A stretch of DNA of 42,927 nucleotides from Gammaproteobacteria bacterium (GTDB taxonomy: Bacteria > Pseudomonadota > Gammaproteobacteria > Burkholderiales > SG8-39). The notes beneath the pieces were generated by a model. That model had not been told where the DNA came from, did not search any database, and saw only the letters and a list, made by a program, of their open reading frames with translations. Each line of letters begins with the position of its first letter. The stretch's first letter is position 1. Below, piece by piece: positions 1 through 10,515 of this stretch. Position numbers and translations under genes: made by a program. The DNA is taken from NCBI GenBank assembly GCA_041493345.1, contig JBGPYQ010000003.1:1-42927 (forward strand), written 5' to 3'.

Positions 1-2
1 AA

Positions 3-1340
3 AAGGAAGGATTGCCGCACCAGGTGCTGAACGCGAAGCAGCATGCGCGTGAAGCCGACATTGTGGCGCAGGCCGGGCGCCCGAAGGTCATGACCATCGC
101 GACTAACATGGCCGGCCGCGGCACCGACATCGTGCTGGGCGGCAACGTGGAAAAGCAGGTTGATATTGTCCGCGGAACGGAAAACCTCGATCCGGCCGAG
201 AAAAACCGCCGAATCGGCGAATTGCGCATTCAGTGGCAGTCCCTGCACGACGAGGTCATTGCCGCCGGAGGCCTGCACATCATCGGCACCGAGCGCCACG
301 AGTCGCGCCGGATCGACAACCAGCTGCGCGGACGCTCCGGCCGCCAGGGCGATCCCGGATCCTCGCGCTTCTACCTGTCGCTCGAGGACCCGCTGCTGCG
401 GATTTTCGCGGGCGATCGGGTCAACGCGATCATGCAGCGCCTGGGCATGCCCGAGGGCGAACCGATCGAGCACGGGCTGGTGACACGCTCGATCGAAAGC
501 GCGCAGCGCAAGGTCGAGGCCCACAATTTCGACATCAGGAAGCAGCTGCTGGAATACGACAATGTCGCGAACGACCAGCGGCGCGAGATCTACGATCTGA
601 GAAACAATATCCTCGAGTCGCAGGACGTCTCGGGACAGGTCCGGGCGCTGCGGGAAGGCGTGGTTACCGACATTTTCCGCGCCTGCGTTCCCGAAGAAAG
701 CGTCGAGGAGCAATGGGACATCCCCGGGCTGGAGAAGGCGTACGCCGCCGAGCTGCAGCTCGACCTGCCGGTCTCCAAGTGGCTCGAGGAGGACTCAAGC
801 GCAGACGACAATGCACTGCTGAAGCGCGCAATCGAGGAGGCCGACGCCGCTTACCGCACGAAGATGGGGAACGCTCCGGCCGATGCCGTGCTGCATTTCG
901 AGCGTCTCGTGTTGCTCTCGACGCTCGACAATCATTGGCGCGAGCATCTCGCCGCGCTCGACCACCTGCGCCAGGGGATACACTTGCGCGGCTACGCGCA
1001 GAAAAATCCGAAGCAGGAATACAAGCGCGAGGCGTTCGAGTTGTTCGGAATCCTGGTCGAAGCGGTCAAGCTGGAAGTCACGCGCACATTGATGACGGTG
1101 GAACTCAAATCACGGGAACAGGTCGAGCAGGCAGAAAGGGCCGCGCCGGCGGTCGAAAACGTGCAGTATCAGCATGCCGGCTATGAAGAAGCGCTCGCCG
1201 GAGCCGGAGCGGATGCCGAACCGCCGTCCGCGCCTAAGTCCGTGCCGTTTGTCCGGCACACGGGCAAGGTCGGCCGCAATGATTCCTGCCCGTGCGGGTC
1301 CGGCAAGAAATACAAGCACTGCCACGGGAAATTGGCATAG
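3..1340 (+). CDS. secA: Preprotein translocase ATPase SecA (5'-truncated by window edge)
   Basis: Motifs [37 protein letters not shown] and C-terminal [23 protein letters not shown]; frame open from position 3. Confidence 0.99.
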   Translation, partial: KEGLPHQVLNAKQHAREADIVAQAGRPKVMTIATNMAGRGTDIVLGGNVEKQVDIVRGTENLDPAEKNRRIGELRIQWQSLHDEVIAAGGLHIIGTERHESRRIDNQLRGRSGRQGDPGSSRFYLSLEDPLLRIFAGDRVNAIMQRLGMPEGEPIEHGLVTRSIESAQRKVEAHNFDIRKQLLEYDNVANDQRREIYDLRNNILESQDVSGQVRALREGVVTDIFRACVPEESVEEQWDIPGLEKAYAAELQLDLPVSKWLEEDSSADDNALLKRAIEEADAAYRTKMGNAPADAVLHFERLVLLSTLDNHWREHLAALDHLRQGIHLRGYAQKNPKQEYKREAFELFGILVEAVKLEVTRTLMTVELKSREQVEQAERAAPAVENVQYQHAGYEEALAGAGADAEPPSAPKSVPFVRHTGKVGRNDSCPCGSGKKYKHCHGKLA

Positions 1341-1343
1341 TCT

Positions 1344-1442
1344 GCCGCGGAGAGCGCTGCGCGCGGACGGCGAGAGCTTTTCCTCTGCTATGGCAACCTC
1401 GGACGGCAAATGCGGCTCCGTGATCTCTGCGCTCTCTGTGGT
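1344..1442. repeat. REP-like long-loop inverted repeat between secA and argJ
   Basis: Arms gccgcggagagcgc (1344-1357) and gcgctctctgtggt (1429-1442) form a 14-bp stem with G-U pairs; right arm resembles 4667-4695. Confidence 0.5.
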
Positions 1443-1456
1443 TCGAGGTTCTTCGT

Positions 1457-2686
1457 ATGGCAATCAATCTGAGCCCGCCTGACCCGGCAAGCCTGCATCC
1501 GGTTCGCGGCGTTACGCTTGGCGTCGCCGAAGCCGGCATCCGCAAGCCAGGCCGCAAGGACCTGCTACTCATGGTGCTTGCCGAGGGAACGCGGGTGTCG
1601 GGCGTGTTTACGCAAAACCGCTTCAGTGCCGCCCCGGTTCAACTGGCGCGGGAGCACCTTGCTTCGGGCAGGCCGGTACGGGCGCTTCTAGTCAACACGG
1701 GCAACGCCAACGCCGGGACCGGAAAGGACGGGCTCGCCCGCGCCCGTGCGGCCTGCGGCGAAGCTGCCCGCCTGCTTGGCTGCGATCTCCGGCAAGTGCT
1801 TCCGTTCTCGACCGGCGTGATCATGGAACCGCTGCCGGTGGAGCGCATCGCGGCGGGACTGCCTGCCTGCTTCAGCGGCTCACGCGAGGACAACTGGGCG
1901 CACGCGGCCGAAGCGATCATGACCACCGATACCGTCCCCAAAGCCTGCTCGCGGCGCGTGAATCTGGGCGGCCGCGCAGCGACGGTCACCGGGATCGCCA
2001 AGGGGGCGGGCATGATCCGGCCCGATATGGCGACCATGCTTGCGTTTGTCGCGACCGACGCGCCGGTGGCGCAAGCGGCGCTGCAGCAGATCGTCGCCGG
2101 CGCCGCGGCGCGCTCCTTCAATCGCATCACCGTCGACGGAGATACCTCGACCAACGACGCTTTCATGCTGATCGCGACCGGCGCCGCAGGCGGTCCGCCG
2201 ATCGACGGCGCCGGCCACCCGCAGTACGCCGCCTTGCGCGACGCGGTGTCCGAAGTGTCGCAGTGGCTTGCGCAGGCCATCGTGCGCGACGGCGAAGGCG
2301 CGACGAAGTTCATCACGGTACAGGTGGAAAAAGGGGTAGACGAGGCGGAGGCCGGGAGGGTCGCCTACGCGATAGCCCATTCGCCGCTGGTAAAAACCGC
2401 TTTTTTTGCGTCCGATCCGAATCTCGGGCGGCTGCTCGCCGCCATAGGCTACGCCGGTGTTCGAGATCTCGACGTCGGCCGCGTCGAGTTGTATCTTGAC
2501 GACGTTCTGGTGGCCAGAGAAGGTGGACGCGCACCGGGTTATCGCGAGGATGACGGACAGCGCGTGATGAAGCGCAGCGAGATCACGGTGCGCGTCGTGC
2601 TGAACCGCGGATCCGCGGCGACAACGGTCTGGACCTGCGACCTTTCGCACGAATACGTTACCATCAACGCCGGCTACCGGACTTAG
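1457..2686 (+). CDS. argJ: Bifunctional glutamate N-acetyltransferase/amino-acid acetyltransferase ArgJ
   Basis: [22 protein letters not shown] (autocleavage Thr), [26 protein letters not shown] motifs. Confidence 0.98.
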   Translation: MAINLSPPDPASLHPVRGVTLGVAEAGIRKPGRKDLLLMVLAEGTRVSGVFTQNRFSAAPVQLAREHLASGRPVRALLVNTGNANAGTGKDGLARARAACGEAARLLGCDLRQVLPFSTGVIMEPLPVERIAAGLPACFSGSREDNWAHAAEAIMTTDTVPKACSRRVNLGGRAATVTGIAKGAGMIRPDMATMLAFVATDAPVAQAALQQIVAGAAARSFNRITVDGDTSTNDAFMLIATGAAGGPPIDGAGHPQYAALRDAVSEVSQWLAQAIVRDGEGATKFITVQVEKGVDEAEAGRVAYAIAHSPLVKTAFFASDPNLGRLLAAIGYAGVRDLDVGRVELYLDDVLVAREGGRAPGYREDDGQRVMKRSEITVRVVLNRGSAATTVWTCDLSHEYVTINAGYRT

Positions 2687-2752
2687 GAGAGGGTGCAAGC
2701 CGGGGAAAGGGTTTCCGGATCCGCGCCGCCTCCGCACCACTGGGACGCGACC

Positions 2753-3634
2753 ATGTCTGAACTGGAACGGCTGATCAAGCGCGGCGAGGCGCTGCTCGAG
2801 CGCGCGGAATCGCTGCTGCCGCCGGCGCCTCGCGCGGTGGACTGGCAGGCGGGTATCGCTTTCCGCTGGCGCAAAACTTCCCTCCGCGGCTTCATTCAAC
2901 CGGTCGCAAATCCGCACCGCATCCGTTCGACCGATCTGCACGGTGTCGATCGGCAAAAAGCATTGATCGAGCAGAACACGCGCCAGTTTGTGGAGGGACG
3001 CCCGGCCAACAACGCGCTTCTGACCGGTGCCCGCGGCACCGGCAAATCGTCGATGGTCAAAGCGGTGCTGAACAAGTTTCACCGCCAGGGACTGCGGTTG
3101 ATCGAGGTTGAAAAGTACGATCTGATCGACCTGCCGGACATCGTCGATCAGGTGGCGGGGCGGACCGAGCGGTTCATCGTCTTTTGCGACGATCTTTCGT
3201 TTGAGGCCTCGGAGCCGGGCTACAAGGCGCTCAAGGTCGTCCTCGACGGCTCGATTGCCGCGACCCCGGACAATCTCCTCATCTATGCCACGTCGAACCG
3301 CCGGCACCTCATGCCCGAATACATGAAGGAAAACCTCGAGACCAGCCACAATGGCGACGAAATCCACCCTGGCGAATCGGTCGAGGAGAAAATCTCGCTG
3401 TCCGAACGCTTCGGGTTATGGATCTCGTTCTATCCTTTCGACCAGGAGGCGTACCTCGAAATCGTCGCTCACTGGCTGGGCGAGCTCGGCTGCCGCGACA
3501 GCGAAATCTCGAAGGCCCGGCAGGAGGCGTTGCAGTGGGCGCTGCTGCGCGGATCGCGCAGCGGCCGGGCGGCATGGCAGTTCGCCCGCGATTTTGCCGG
3601 GCGCCACGCTCCGGCCGGCAGGCCGACGCGCTAG
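2753..3634 (+). CDS. DUF815-family AAA+ ATP-binding protein
   Basis: Walker A GARGTGKSS, FCDDLSFE, YATSNRRHL, EEKISLSERFG, RGSRSGR; start set at ATG 2753. Confidence 0.9.
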   Translation: MSELERLIKRGEALLERAESLLPPAPRAVDWQAGIAFRWRKTSLRGFIQPVANPHRIRSTDLHGVDRQKALIEQNTRQFVEGRPANNALLTGARGTGKSSMVKAVLNKFHRQGLRLIEVEKYDLIDLPDIVDQVAGRTERFIVFCDDLSFEASEPGYKALKVVLDGSIAATPDNLLIYATSNRRHLMPEYMKENLETSHNGDEIHPGESVEEKISLSERFGLWISFYPFDQEAYLEIVAHWLGELGCRDSEISKARQEALQWALLRGSRSGRAAWQFARDFAGRHAPAGRPTR

Positions 3635-3636
3635 GC

Positions 3637-4581
3637 GTGTCCGCCCCGGTCGCAGTCGCCGTGGCGGTGCTGATTCGTTCCGATGGCGCCGTCTTGCTCG
3701 CGCGCCGCCCGCGCGGCAAGGCCTACGCCGGATATTGGGAGTTTCCCGGAGGAAAGGTAGAGGCCGGCGAGCCGGTCGCCCAGGCGCTCAGGCGTGAAAT
3801 CCGCGAAGAGCTCGGGATCGAAATCGAACGCGCGTATTCGTGGATCACCCGTGTTTTCACCTATCCGCACGCCAAGGTCCGGCTTCATTTTCACCGCGTT
3901 TACCTGTGGCGCGGCGAGCCGCAGGCGCTCGAGCACGAGGCGCTCTCGTGGCAGCGTCCCGAGGCGGTCACCCTTGATCCCCTGCTGCCGGCCAACGGCC
4001 CTGTGCTGCGCGGCCTGCAGCTGCCCGCGGAATACGCCATCTCGCGCGCGGGCGAGATTGGAACCGAGCCGTTCCTTGCGCGGCTCGAGTCGAGGCTGCG
4101 TGGCGGCTTGAAGCTGATCCAGGTGCGCGAGAAAAACTTTTCGCGTGAAGCGGCGGCGGACCTTGCGCGGCGGGTCATTGCGCTGGCGCGGCCCTACGGC
4201 GCGAGGGTCATTCTCAACGCCGACCCCGCGCTTGCGCACAGGGTCGGCGCCGACGGCGTGCATCTTTCCGCCGACAAATTGAGAGCTGCCGCGAACCGGC
4301 CCGAGCTGCCGTGGTGCGGCGCTTCATGTCACTCGGCCGAAGAGCTGCGCATTGCCGAATCGCTGGGCGTCGACCTCGCCGTGCTCGGGCCGGTCCGCGC
4401 GACGCCTTCGCATCCGGACGCGGTCCCGCTCGGATGGGATGGGTTCCGGGAGATCGCTGCGGGCGCAAGCCTGCCCGTCTATGCGTTGGGGGGGCTGGTC
4501 CCGGAGGATTTGGAGCAGGCTTTGGAATGCGGCGCGCACGGCATTGCGATGGTGCGCGGAAGCTGGGGCGGTGCGGCCTGA
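3637..4581 (+). CDS. Nudix hydrolase (MutT-like) fused to thiamine-phosphate synthase/TenI-like domain
   Basis: Nudix box WEFPGGKVEAGE...LRREIREELG, then IQVREK, GADGVHL, GASCHS, ATPSHP, YALGG; GTG start 3637 just after upstream stop. Confidence 0.92.
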   Translation: MSAPVAVAVAVLIRSDGAVLLARRPRGKAYAGYWEFPGGKVEAGEPVAQALRREIREELGIEIERAYSWITRVFTYPHAKVRLHFHRVYLWRGEPQALEHEALSWQRPEAVTLDPLLPANGPVLRGLQLPAEYAISRAGEIGTEPFLARLESRLRGGLKLIQVREKNFSREAAADLARRVIALARPYGARVILNADPALAHRVGADGVHLSADKLRAAANRPELPWCGASCHSAEELRIAESLGVDLAVLGPVRATPSHPDAVPLGWDGFREIAAGASLPVYALGGLVPEDLEQALECGAHGIAMVRGSWGGAA

Positions 4582-4640
4582 ACTGGAAAGCCCGATCAAC
4601 GCAGAGACCGACCATTGGTTGGCCGAGGGCTTGCAGAGGG

Positions 4641-4871
4641 TTAACGACGAGTGTTTTTCTCCATCTGCTCTGTGATTCGAGTGCTTTCTGTATGGCCCCG
4701 GTCCGGCGCGTCCTTGTCCTCCTGCACGGGCACCCGGTTCTTTTCGATCGCCCAGTCGCCGAGGTCGATCAGCTTGCAGCGCCCGGAGCAGAACGGGCGG
4801 TAGCGGTTTTCGGGGATCCACTGCACCTGCGCGCCGCAGCGCGGGCAGTTCACATGGCGGACCTTGCTCAC
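4641..4871 (-). CDS. yacG: DNA gyrase inhibitor YacG
   Basis: CPRCG...[18 protein letters not shown] zinc motif; follows zapD. Confidence 0.95.
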   Translation of the reverse strand: MSKVRHVNCPRCGAQVQWIPENRYRPFCSGRCKLIDLGDWAIEKNRVPVQEDKDAPDRGHTESTRITEQMEKNTRR

Positions 4872-4881
4872 GGAATCAGCG

Positions 4882-5637
4882 TTACTGGTTGCAAAAGGTC
4901 AACTCGAATTCCACGTCCGATTCGTACATGCGCGGTCGCGGCTCGGCGCCGAATGCGGTGAAGCGGACATTAAGCGCATATTTGTTCGCGCTCATCTCGG
5001 GAATGCACTGCGAATTGCGCGGCAGCCGGATGCGCACCAATTGCGACATCTTGCCTCCGAGTATCTGCGAAAATATTCCGTTATGGGCCACGTGTTTCAC
5101 CGGCTTTCCGCCCTCGCGCAGGAGTTTCAGCACGATTCCCGAGCCGTCGCGAATAGGCAGCAGCGGGGCGATCCACGCCGCCAGGTCGGCGCTGCGCGCG
5201 GCGCTGTCCTGTTGTCGCCAGTAGTGGTAGGAGGGAAGGTCGAATTCGCAGGCGCCGCCCGGTATCCCGGTACGCTGCCTGATTGACATCAGCCAATCGT
5301 TCTCCCGCAGGTGCTGCCCGATCTTGCCGGTCATGCCGAAGAGCGCCGAGCTCGCGCGCTCGATATCGAGGATCACCATGTTGAGCACGTCCTCGGCGAT
5401 CTCGGGGTTGTTGCGGAACGCCACCAGCACCTGCTTCTTGCGCTCGAGCTCCTGCAGCAGGTCGGATTTGAGATCGGCGCGGCTCGCGACTTCAAGGATC
5501 TCGAACAGAGTCAACAGCGCGACGTGGTGCTCGCGCGAATCCTGCTTGTCGACGAAATGGCGAGCGCGCTCGAACAGGGCTTCGAGGCGCAGCAGCGTCC
5601 TGATACGCTCATTGAGCGGGTACTCGTAGGTAATCAC
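4882..5637 (-). CDS. zapD: Cell division protein ZapD
   Basis: [39 protein letters not shown]; conserved coaE-zapD-yacG order. Confidence 0.96.
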   Translation of the reverse strand: MITYEYPLNERIRTLLRLEALFERARHFVDKQDSREHHVALLTLFEILEVASRADLKSDLLQELERKKQVLVAFRNNPEIAEDVLNMVILDIERASSALFGMTGKIGQHLRENDWLMSIRQRTGIPGGACEFDLPSYHYWRQQDSAARSADLAAWIAPLLPIRDGSGIVLKLLREGGKPVKHVAHNGIFSQILGGKMSQLVRIRLPRNSQCIPEMSANKYALNVRFTAFGAEPRPRMYESDVEFELTFCNQ

Positions 5638-5728
5638 TGTGGCGCCCGCAACTTGCAGAGGAGACCATTGATTTTGGGCAGATTCGCCGGATTCTGGCCC
5701 ATTCCCCGCGAATTGACAACCGGTGGTG

Positions 5729-6346
5729 CTATGACGGTGTCCTGAATTTTGCGGCGAGCGTGAGATACTTGTCGTTCAGGCGCGCAACCTGCGGGGCAAG
5801 GGCTTCCGGCGGACCGCTGTTATGTATTACGTCGTCCGCCTGTGAAAGGCGCTGCTCCCGCGTCGCCTGAACGGCGATGATGTCGCGCACTTCTTCTTCC
5901 GACAGGCCGCTGCGCCGCATGGCCCGCTCGACCTGCTGCGCCTCGGTGCATTCAATCACGAGCACACGCTGGTAGCGCGAACGCTCGACACCGCCCTCGA
6001 TCAGCAGCGGCACCACGAGAAGCAGGTAGGCGCTTGCGGCGCGTTTGCCGCGGCGCTCGCTCTGCTCGCGGATGAGCGGATGCAGGATCGCTTCCAGTTT
6101 TTTCCTCGCCTCCGTATCGCCAAATACGAGCTTGCGCATTTTCCCGCGCTCGAGCGCTCCGTCCGGGCCGATTGCGCCGTCGCCGAACGTTGCGCGAATC
6201 GGTTCGATGGCCATTCCCCCGGGCCCCGTAAGCTCGCGCGCAATCGCGTCGGTGTCGATCACGGCGATCCCGTGCCCGGCAAACAGCTCGGCGACCACGC
6301 TCTTGCCGCTGCCGATGCCGCCGGTCATGCCGATCGTATAGGGCAT
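5729..6346 (-). CDS. coaE: Dephospho-CoA kinase
   Basis: MPYTIGMTGGIGSGKS P-loop, IDTDAIAR, LEAILHPLIR; ATG overlaps pilD TAA. Confidence 0.97.
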   Translation of the reverse strand: MPYTIGMTGGIGSGKSVVAELFAGHGIAVIDTDAIARELTGPGGMAIEPIRATFGDGAIGPDGALERGKMRKLVFGDTEARKKLEAILHPLIREQSERRGKRAASAYLLLVVPLLIEGGVERSRYQRVLVIECTEAQQVERAMRRSGLSEEEVRDIIAVQATREQRLSQADDVIHNSGPPEALAPQVARLNDKYLTLAAKFRTPS

Positions 6347-7209
6347 TACGGGAATTGCGACAGGTAATAGCGTGTGAGCTGTGGCCCCCAGAACAGCGCG
6401 ACCGCCCCGGCAGTAGCCAGATAGGGCCCGAACGGAATCGGCACCTGGCGCCCGTGGCGGGCGAAAACGATGAGGCCGATCCCGACTGTTGCGCCCACGA
6501 ACGAAGAAAGCAGGATCGTGAGTGGCAGCATCTGCCAGCCGCACCATGCACCGATCGCCGCCAGCAGCTTGAAGTCGCCGAATCCCATGCCGTGCTTGCC
6601 GGTGGCGAGCTTGAACAGCCAGTACACGCTCCATAGGGAAATATAGCCCGCCGCGGCGCCGATCACCGCCGATCTGAGGTCGATGAAGGTATCGGCGGCG
6701 TTGACGAGCAGTCCCAGCCACATCAGGGGTAGCGTAATTGCATCCGGGAGAAGCTGGGTATCGAAGTCGATGAAGGTTGCTGCGATTAAGCACCACAGGA
6801 ACACCATCGCCGCAAACGCGGCCACGCCTGGGCCGAAGCGCGCGGCGCACCAGGCCCCGGCGCAGCCGGCCAGCAGCTCGACGACAGGGTAGCGCGCGCT
6901 GATGCGGGTGCCGCAGGCCGCGCAGCGGCCGCGCAGCACCGCCCAGGAGACCAACGGAATGTTCTCGATCGCGGCAATACCGTGACCGCATGCCGGACAG
7001 CGCGAACGCGGTACGATCAGGTTGAATTTTTCCGGCTGTGGGGCGGATTCGCCGCGCAGTTCTGCGCACTGTTCCTGCCACTCGCGCTCCATCATTTTCG
7101 GAAGCCGGTGGATGACCACGTTCAGGAACGATCCGATGGCGAGGCCCAGGACGAAGCACACCCAGGGAAATACTGCCGGCTCGACGAGCGCTTTGAATAT
7201 ATCGGTCAT
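6346..7209 (-). CDS. pilD: Type IV prepilin peptidase/N-methyltransferase PilD
   Basis: GSFLNVVIHRLP, two CxxC motifs, FIDFDTQLLPD, GMGFGDFKL, IPFGPYLA. Confidence 0.97.
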   Translation of the reverse strand: MTDIFKALVEPAVFPWVCFVLGLAIGSFLNVVIHRLPKMMEREWQEQCAELRGESAPQPEKFNLIVPRSRCPACGHGIAAIENIPLVSWAVLRGRCAACGTRISARYPVVELLAGCAGAWCAARFGPGVAAFAAMVFLWCLIAATFIDFDTQLLPDAITLPLMWLGLLVNAADTFIDLRSAVIGAAAGYISLWSVYWLFKLATGKHGMGFGDFKLLAAIGAWCGWQMLPLTILLSSFVGATVGIGLIVFARHGRQVPIPFGPYLATAGAVALFWGPQLTRYYLSQFP

Positions 7210-7213
7210 TGCG

Positions 7214-7251
7214 AAAAACAAGAAGGGCCGCGGTGAGCAAGCCGTGGCCCT
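7214..7251 (-). terminator. Terminator-like hairpin plus U-tract immediately upstream of pilD
   Basis: Minus strand agggccacgg-cttgctca-ccgcggccct (9 of 10 pairs) followed by tcttgttttt. Confidence 0.4.
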
Positions 7252-7399
7252 GCGGGCGGTTGCGCGTCAGTACGATTGCGACTCGGGAAACGGGGGGCAG
7301 AACGATGCGTAAGGGCCGAGCGCGGCGGGGTTGGCATAAGGGTCTAGGAGGCTATGCGAGCCCCGGGCAGCAAAGCTTCGCCGAATGCAGGCCGCCGCG

Positions 7400-8617
7400 T
7401 CAGACCACCTGGCCGAGCTTGAAGATCGGCAGATACATCGCAATCACCATGCCGCCGATCAGGGTGCCGAGGACCACCATGATCATCGGCTCCATCAGGG
7501 AGGAGAGGGCGTCAACGGCGTCATCGACTTCCGCTTCGTAGAAGTCCGCGGCCTTGCTGAGCATGCTGTCGAGCGCGCCGGATTCCTCGCCGATCGACAC
7601 CATCTGAACGACCATGTTGGGAAACACATTGGATTCCTGCATGGCGACCGTCAGGCTCATGCCGGTGCTGATCTTGTCCTGGATTTCCCGTGTTGCCATC
7701 AAATAGACGTAGTTGCCCGAAGCCCCGCCGACCGAGTCGAGCGCCTCGACCAGCGGCACGCCCGCCGCAAACATGGTGGAGAGCGTCCGGGTCCAGCGCG
7801 CGATAGTGGATTTCCGGACCACTTCGCCGAACACCGGTACTCTGAGCAACATCCGGTCCATGAAAATCTGAACAGGCACCGAGCGCTTCCAGAGCGCGAA
7901 AAAGCCGTACAGTCCACCGATGATTCCGCCGAAAATGAGATACCAGTACCTGACGAAGATGTCCGACACGGCCATCACGAACAGCGTGGGCCCGGGCAGG
8001 TCGGCGCCGAAGCTGGTAAACACCTGCTTGAACGCCGGGATCACGAAGATCATGATCACCGCGGTAATGACAAAGGCTACGACGACGATCGCAACCGGGT
8101 AGAACAGCGCCGCCTTGATCTTGGATTTGATCGCGAGGATCTTTTCCTTGTAGGTCGCCAGACGGTCGAGCAGTGTTTCGAGAATGCCGGCCTGCTCCCC
8201 GGCCGCAACCAGGTTGCAGTACAAGGCGTCGAAATGCAGGGGAAACTTGCGGAATGCCGCGGCGAGCGAAGAGCCGGTCTCCACGTCGGTTCTCAGCTCC
8301 ATGAGCAGTCTCGCAACCGCCGGGTTGCTGTGGCCTTTGCCGACGATATCGAATGACTGCATGAGCGGCACACCGGCCTTCATCATGGTCGCCATCTGGC
8401 GGGTGAACAGCGACACGTCTTTATCGGAAACCCTGCCGCCCTTGCCGAGGCGCTGCTTCCTGACCTTGGTGACCAAGATGCCCTGGCGGCGCAACGTGGC
8501 ATTGACCATGTGGTTGCCCGCGGCGCGCATCTCGCCCTTGACGATCTTGCCGCTCTTGTCCTTTCCTTCCCAAAGGTACCTGATTTCCTTGACTCTGGCG
8601 GCTGCTGCGGTTGCCAT
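7400..8617 (-). CDS. pilC: Type IV pilus platform protein PilC (T2SS F family)
   Basis: FTRQMATMMKAGVPL, AGEQAGILE, IGEESGALDSML, IAMYLPIFKLG; GGAG RBS upstream. Confidence 0.97.
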   Translation of the reverse strand: MATAAAARVKEIRYLWEGKDKSGKIVKGEMRAAGNHMVNATLRRQGILVTKVRKQRLGKGGRVSDKDVSLFTRQMATMMKAGVPLMQSFDIVGKGHSNPAVARLLMELRTDVETGSSLAAAFRKFPLHFDALYCNLVAAGEQAGILETLLDRLATYKEKILAIKSKIKAALFYPVAIVVVAFVITAVIMIFVIPAFKQVFTSFGADLPGPTLFVMAVSDIFVRYWYLIFGGIIGGLYGFFALWKRSVPVQIFMDRMLLRVPVFGEVVRKSTIARWTRTLSTMFAAGVPLVEALDSVGGASGNYVYLMATREIQDKISTGMSLTVAMQESNVFPNMVVQMVSIGEESGALDSMLSKAADFYEAEVDDAVDALSSLMEPMIMVVLGTLIGGMVIAMYLPIFKLGQVV

Positions 8618-8634
8618 AGCGGATTCTCCCTACA

Positions 8635-9020
8635 TTACCATTGGGTGCAATTCATGACTCGATCAGACCAGTCCCTGCGAGGAGATGGGCAGGCCTTAGC
8701 GGCGCAGGCTTGCGGGCTCAACCCGTTAGGCGCCAAGGCATGCTTCGCAAATCGAGTGTCCGGCAAGACTTCTCCGGGGGATGTTAGTTGGGGCATTGCA
8801 GGCACACAAGCGCCGGGCGCGTCGCTTCGCGGTAATAAGTGTCACGCCGGTAGAGATAGTGCCCCAAACGCTTAAGCGCCGGATTGGGCTTGCCGGGCTG
8901 TTCCGATGAAGAAAGGCCGAACGCCTTTGCTTCGCTCGCTTGCGCGCCGGACAACTTGCCGTGCGTCAACGGCGCCGGAGCAAGGCCAAAAAGGCTCGTA
9001 GAACGGATGTTCGCCGCCAT
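8635..9020 (-). pseudogene. pilB: Collapsed remnant of pilus extension ATPase pilB
   Basis: In the usual pilB position. Begins MAANIRSTSLFGLAPAPLTHGKLSGAQA (betaproteobacterial PilB-like N-terminus) and ends gtc atg aat tgc acc caa tgg taa (EEV..CTNE*-like); about 390 bp, no ATPase motifs. Confidence 0.6.
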
Positions 9021-9187
9021 GAAGGCTGATTCCCAAGACGATAGTCTTGGAATGATGCACGGGCCCTGGCCTTTTGTAAAGTCTCAGGTTTTCGCCATAA
9101 TGACTTGAACATAAGGCGTAAAATGCCCCTCAAAATATGGTTTTTAGGCTTTCCGGAAGCGTTCCTGTTATGACGTTGGCCTAAGCC

Positions 9188-10477
9188 TCAGGCGGCTGCG
9201 GCGAGTTCGGAAGCGGGGGGCCTGAACAGTCTGACCGTCTTGATCACGCGGTCCTGGGTCTGGACGATCTCCATCGGAACTTCCGCGATCTTGACGCTCA
9301 CACCCGCCTCGGGGATATCCTGCAAGTGCTCGAGAATGAGTCCGTTCAGAGTTTTCGGACCATGGAGGGGCAGCGCCAGACCGAGTTTGCGGTTGAGCTC
9401 TCGCAGCGTGCTCGATCCCTCCACCAGGGTGCTGCCGCCCTTGTCCCAGGAATAGCTTTCCGATTGCACGGGTGCGGTGGTGGTGAACTCGCCGATGATT
9501 TCCTCGATGATGTCCTCAAGCGTGACCAAGCCCTGCAGTTCGCCGTACTCGTCCACCACGAGCGCGATGCGCTGGTGGTTTTCCTGGAAGTACTGGAGCT
9601 GGGCGAAAACCGGCGTGCTGGCCGGAACGAAGTAGGGCTCCCCGAGCAATGCGGCGAGCTCGGCGCGATCAAACTCGCCCGCCTGCATCAGGTGCAGCAT
9701 CTTGCGCAGGTGCAGGACGCCGGCAATGTTGCCGAGCTCGCTGCGGTAGGCGGGCAGCCGTGTGTGATATGCGGTGGACAGCTGTGCGACGATGCTCTCG
9801 GTGGGCGCATCAAGGTCGAACGCCTCGATCTGCGCGCGCGGCGTCATGACGTCCTCGACCGTAATTGCTTCGAGGCCGAACAGGTTCACCAGAATGCTCT
9901 GGTGCTTTTTCGGCATGAACTGCCCGGATTCCAGCACGAGCGAGCGCAACTCCTCCATCGACAGCCGCTGCGGCTGGTCGCTGCCTTTTGACTTTACGCC
10001 AAATGCGTACAGCAGCGGCGCGACAAACAGGTTGACGAACCAGACGACGGGGTAGAGAAATCGCAGCAGGGGCTTCAGCACGTAGCTCGCAACCGGGGCA
10101 ATGCGCTCGGCGTAAGCGGCGCCCACGACCTTCGGCGTGATCTCGGAAAACACCAGAATCAGAAATGTGATCGCCAGCGTCGCCGTCATCAGGATGAACT
10201 TGTCCTCGCCGAACAGCTGGATCGCGATGATCGTCACCAACGTCGCCGCCGCCGCGTTGACAAGGTTATTGCCGAGAAGGATGACGCCGAGCAGCTTGTC
10301 GGGCTGCGCCAGGAGCTGCGAAGCGAGTATCGCGCCGCGATGGCCGAGGCGTACAAGGGTCTTCAGCCGATAGCGGTTCAACGCCATCATGCTGGTTTCG
10401 GCGACCGAAAAGAAACCGGAGATGACGAGCAGGACAGCAAGCGCGAACACCTGCGCCGCTATGGAGTGGTCGTCCAA
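9188..10477 (-). CDS. HlyC/CorC (CNNM + CBS + CorC domain) transporter, YfjD-like
   Basis: SGFFSVAETSMMALNRYRL, SEITPK, CBS motif VVDEYGELQGLVTLEDIIEEIIGE, PKTLNGLILE. Confidence 0.95.
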   Translation of the reverse strand: MDDHSIAAQVFALAVLLVISGFFSVAETSMMALNRYRLKTLVRLGHRGAILASQLLAQPDKLLGVILLGNNLVNAAAATLVTIIAIQLFGEDKFILMTATLAITFLILVFSEITPKVVGAAYAERIAPVASYVLKPLLRFLYPVVWFVNLFVAPLLYAFGVKSKGSDQPQRLSMEELRSLVLESGQFMPKKHQSILVNLFGLEAITVEDVMTPRAQIEAFDLDAPTESIVAQLSTAYHTRLPAYRSELGNIAGVLHLRKMLHLMQAGEFDRAELAALLGEPYFVPASTPVFAQLQYFQENHQRIALVVDEYGELQGLVTLEDIIEEIIGEFTTTAPVQSESYSWDKGGSTLVEGSSTLRELNRKLGLALPLHGPKTLNGLILEHLQDIPEAGVSVKIAEVPMEIVQTQDRVIKTVRLFRPPASELAAAA

Positions 10478-10515
10478 AGAGGGTGTTTAGGTGACGAAAA
10501 CGGTTTCAGTATAGC

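Noticed and set aside
5729-7240. Apparent 503-aa N-terminally extended CoaE; likewise extended ORFs 18344-20065, 3418-4581 and 38373-40193
   Set aside because: Extensions overlap upstream genes in another frame; real starts are coupled to, or just after, the upstream stops.
8898-8935. Hammerhead-like gatga...gaaaggccgaa
   Set aside because: CUGAUGA core and stem arrangement absent; better explained as pilB remnant sequence.
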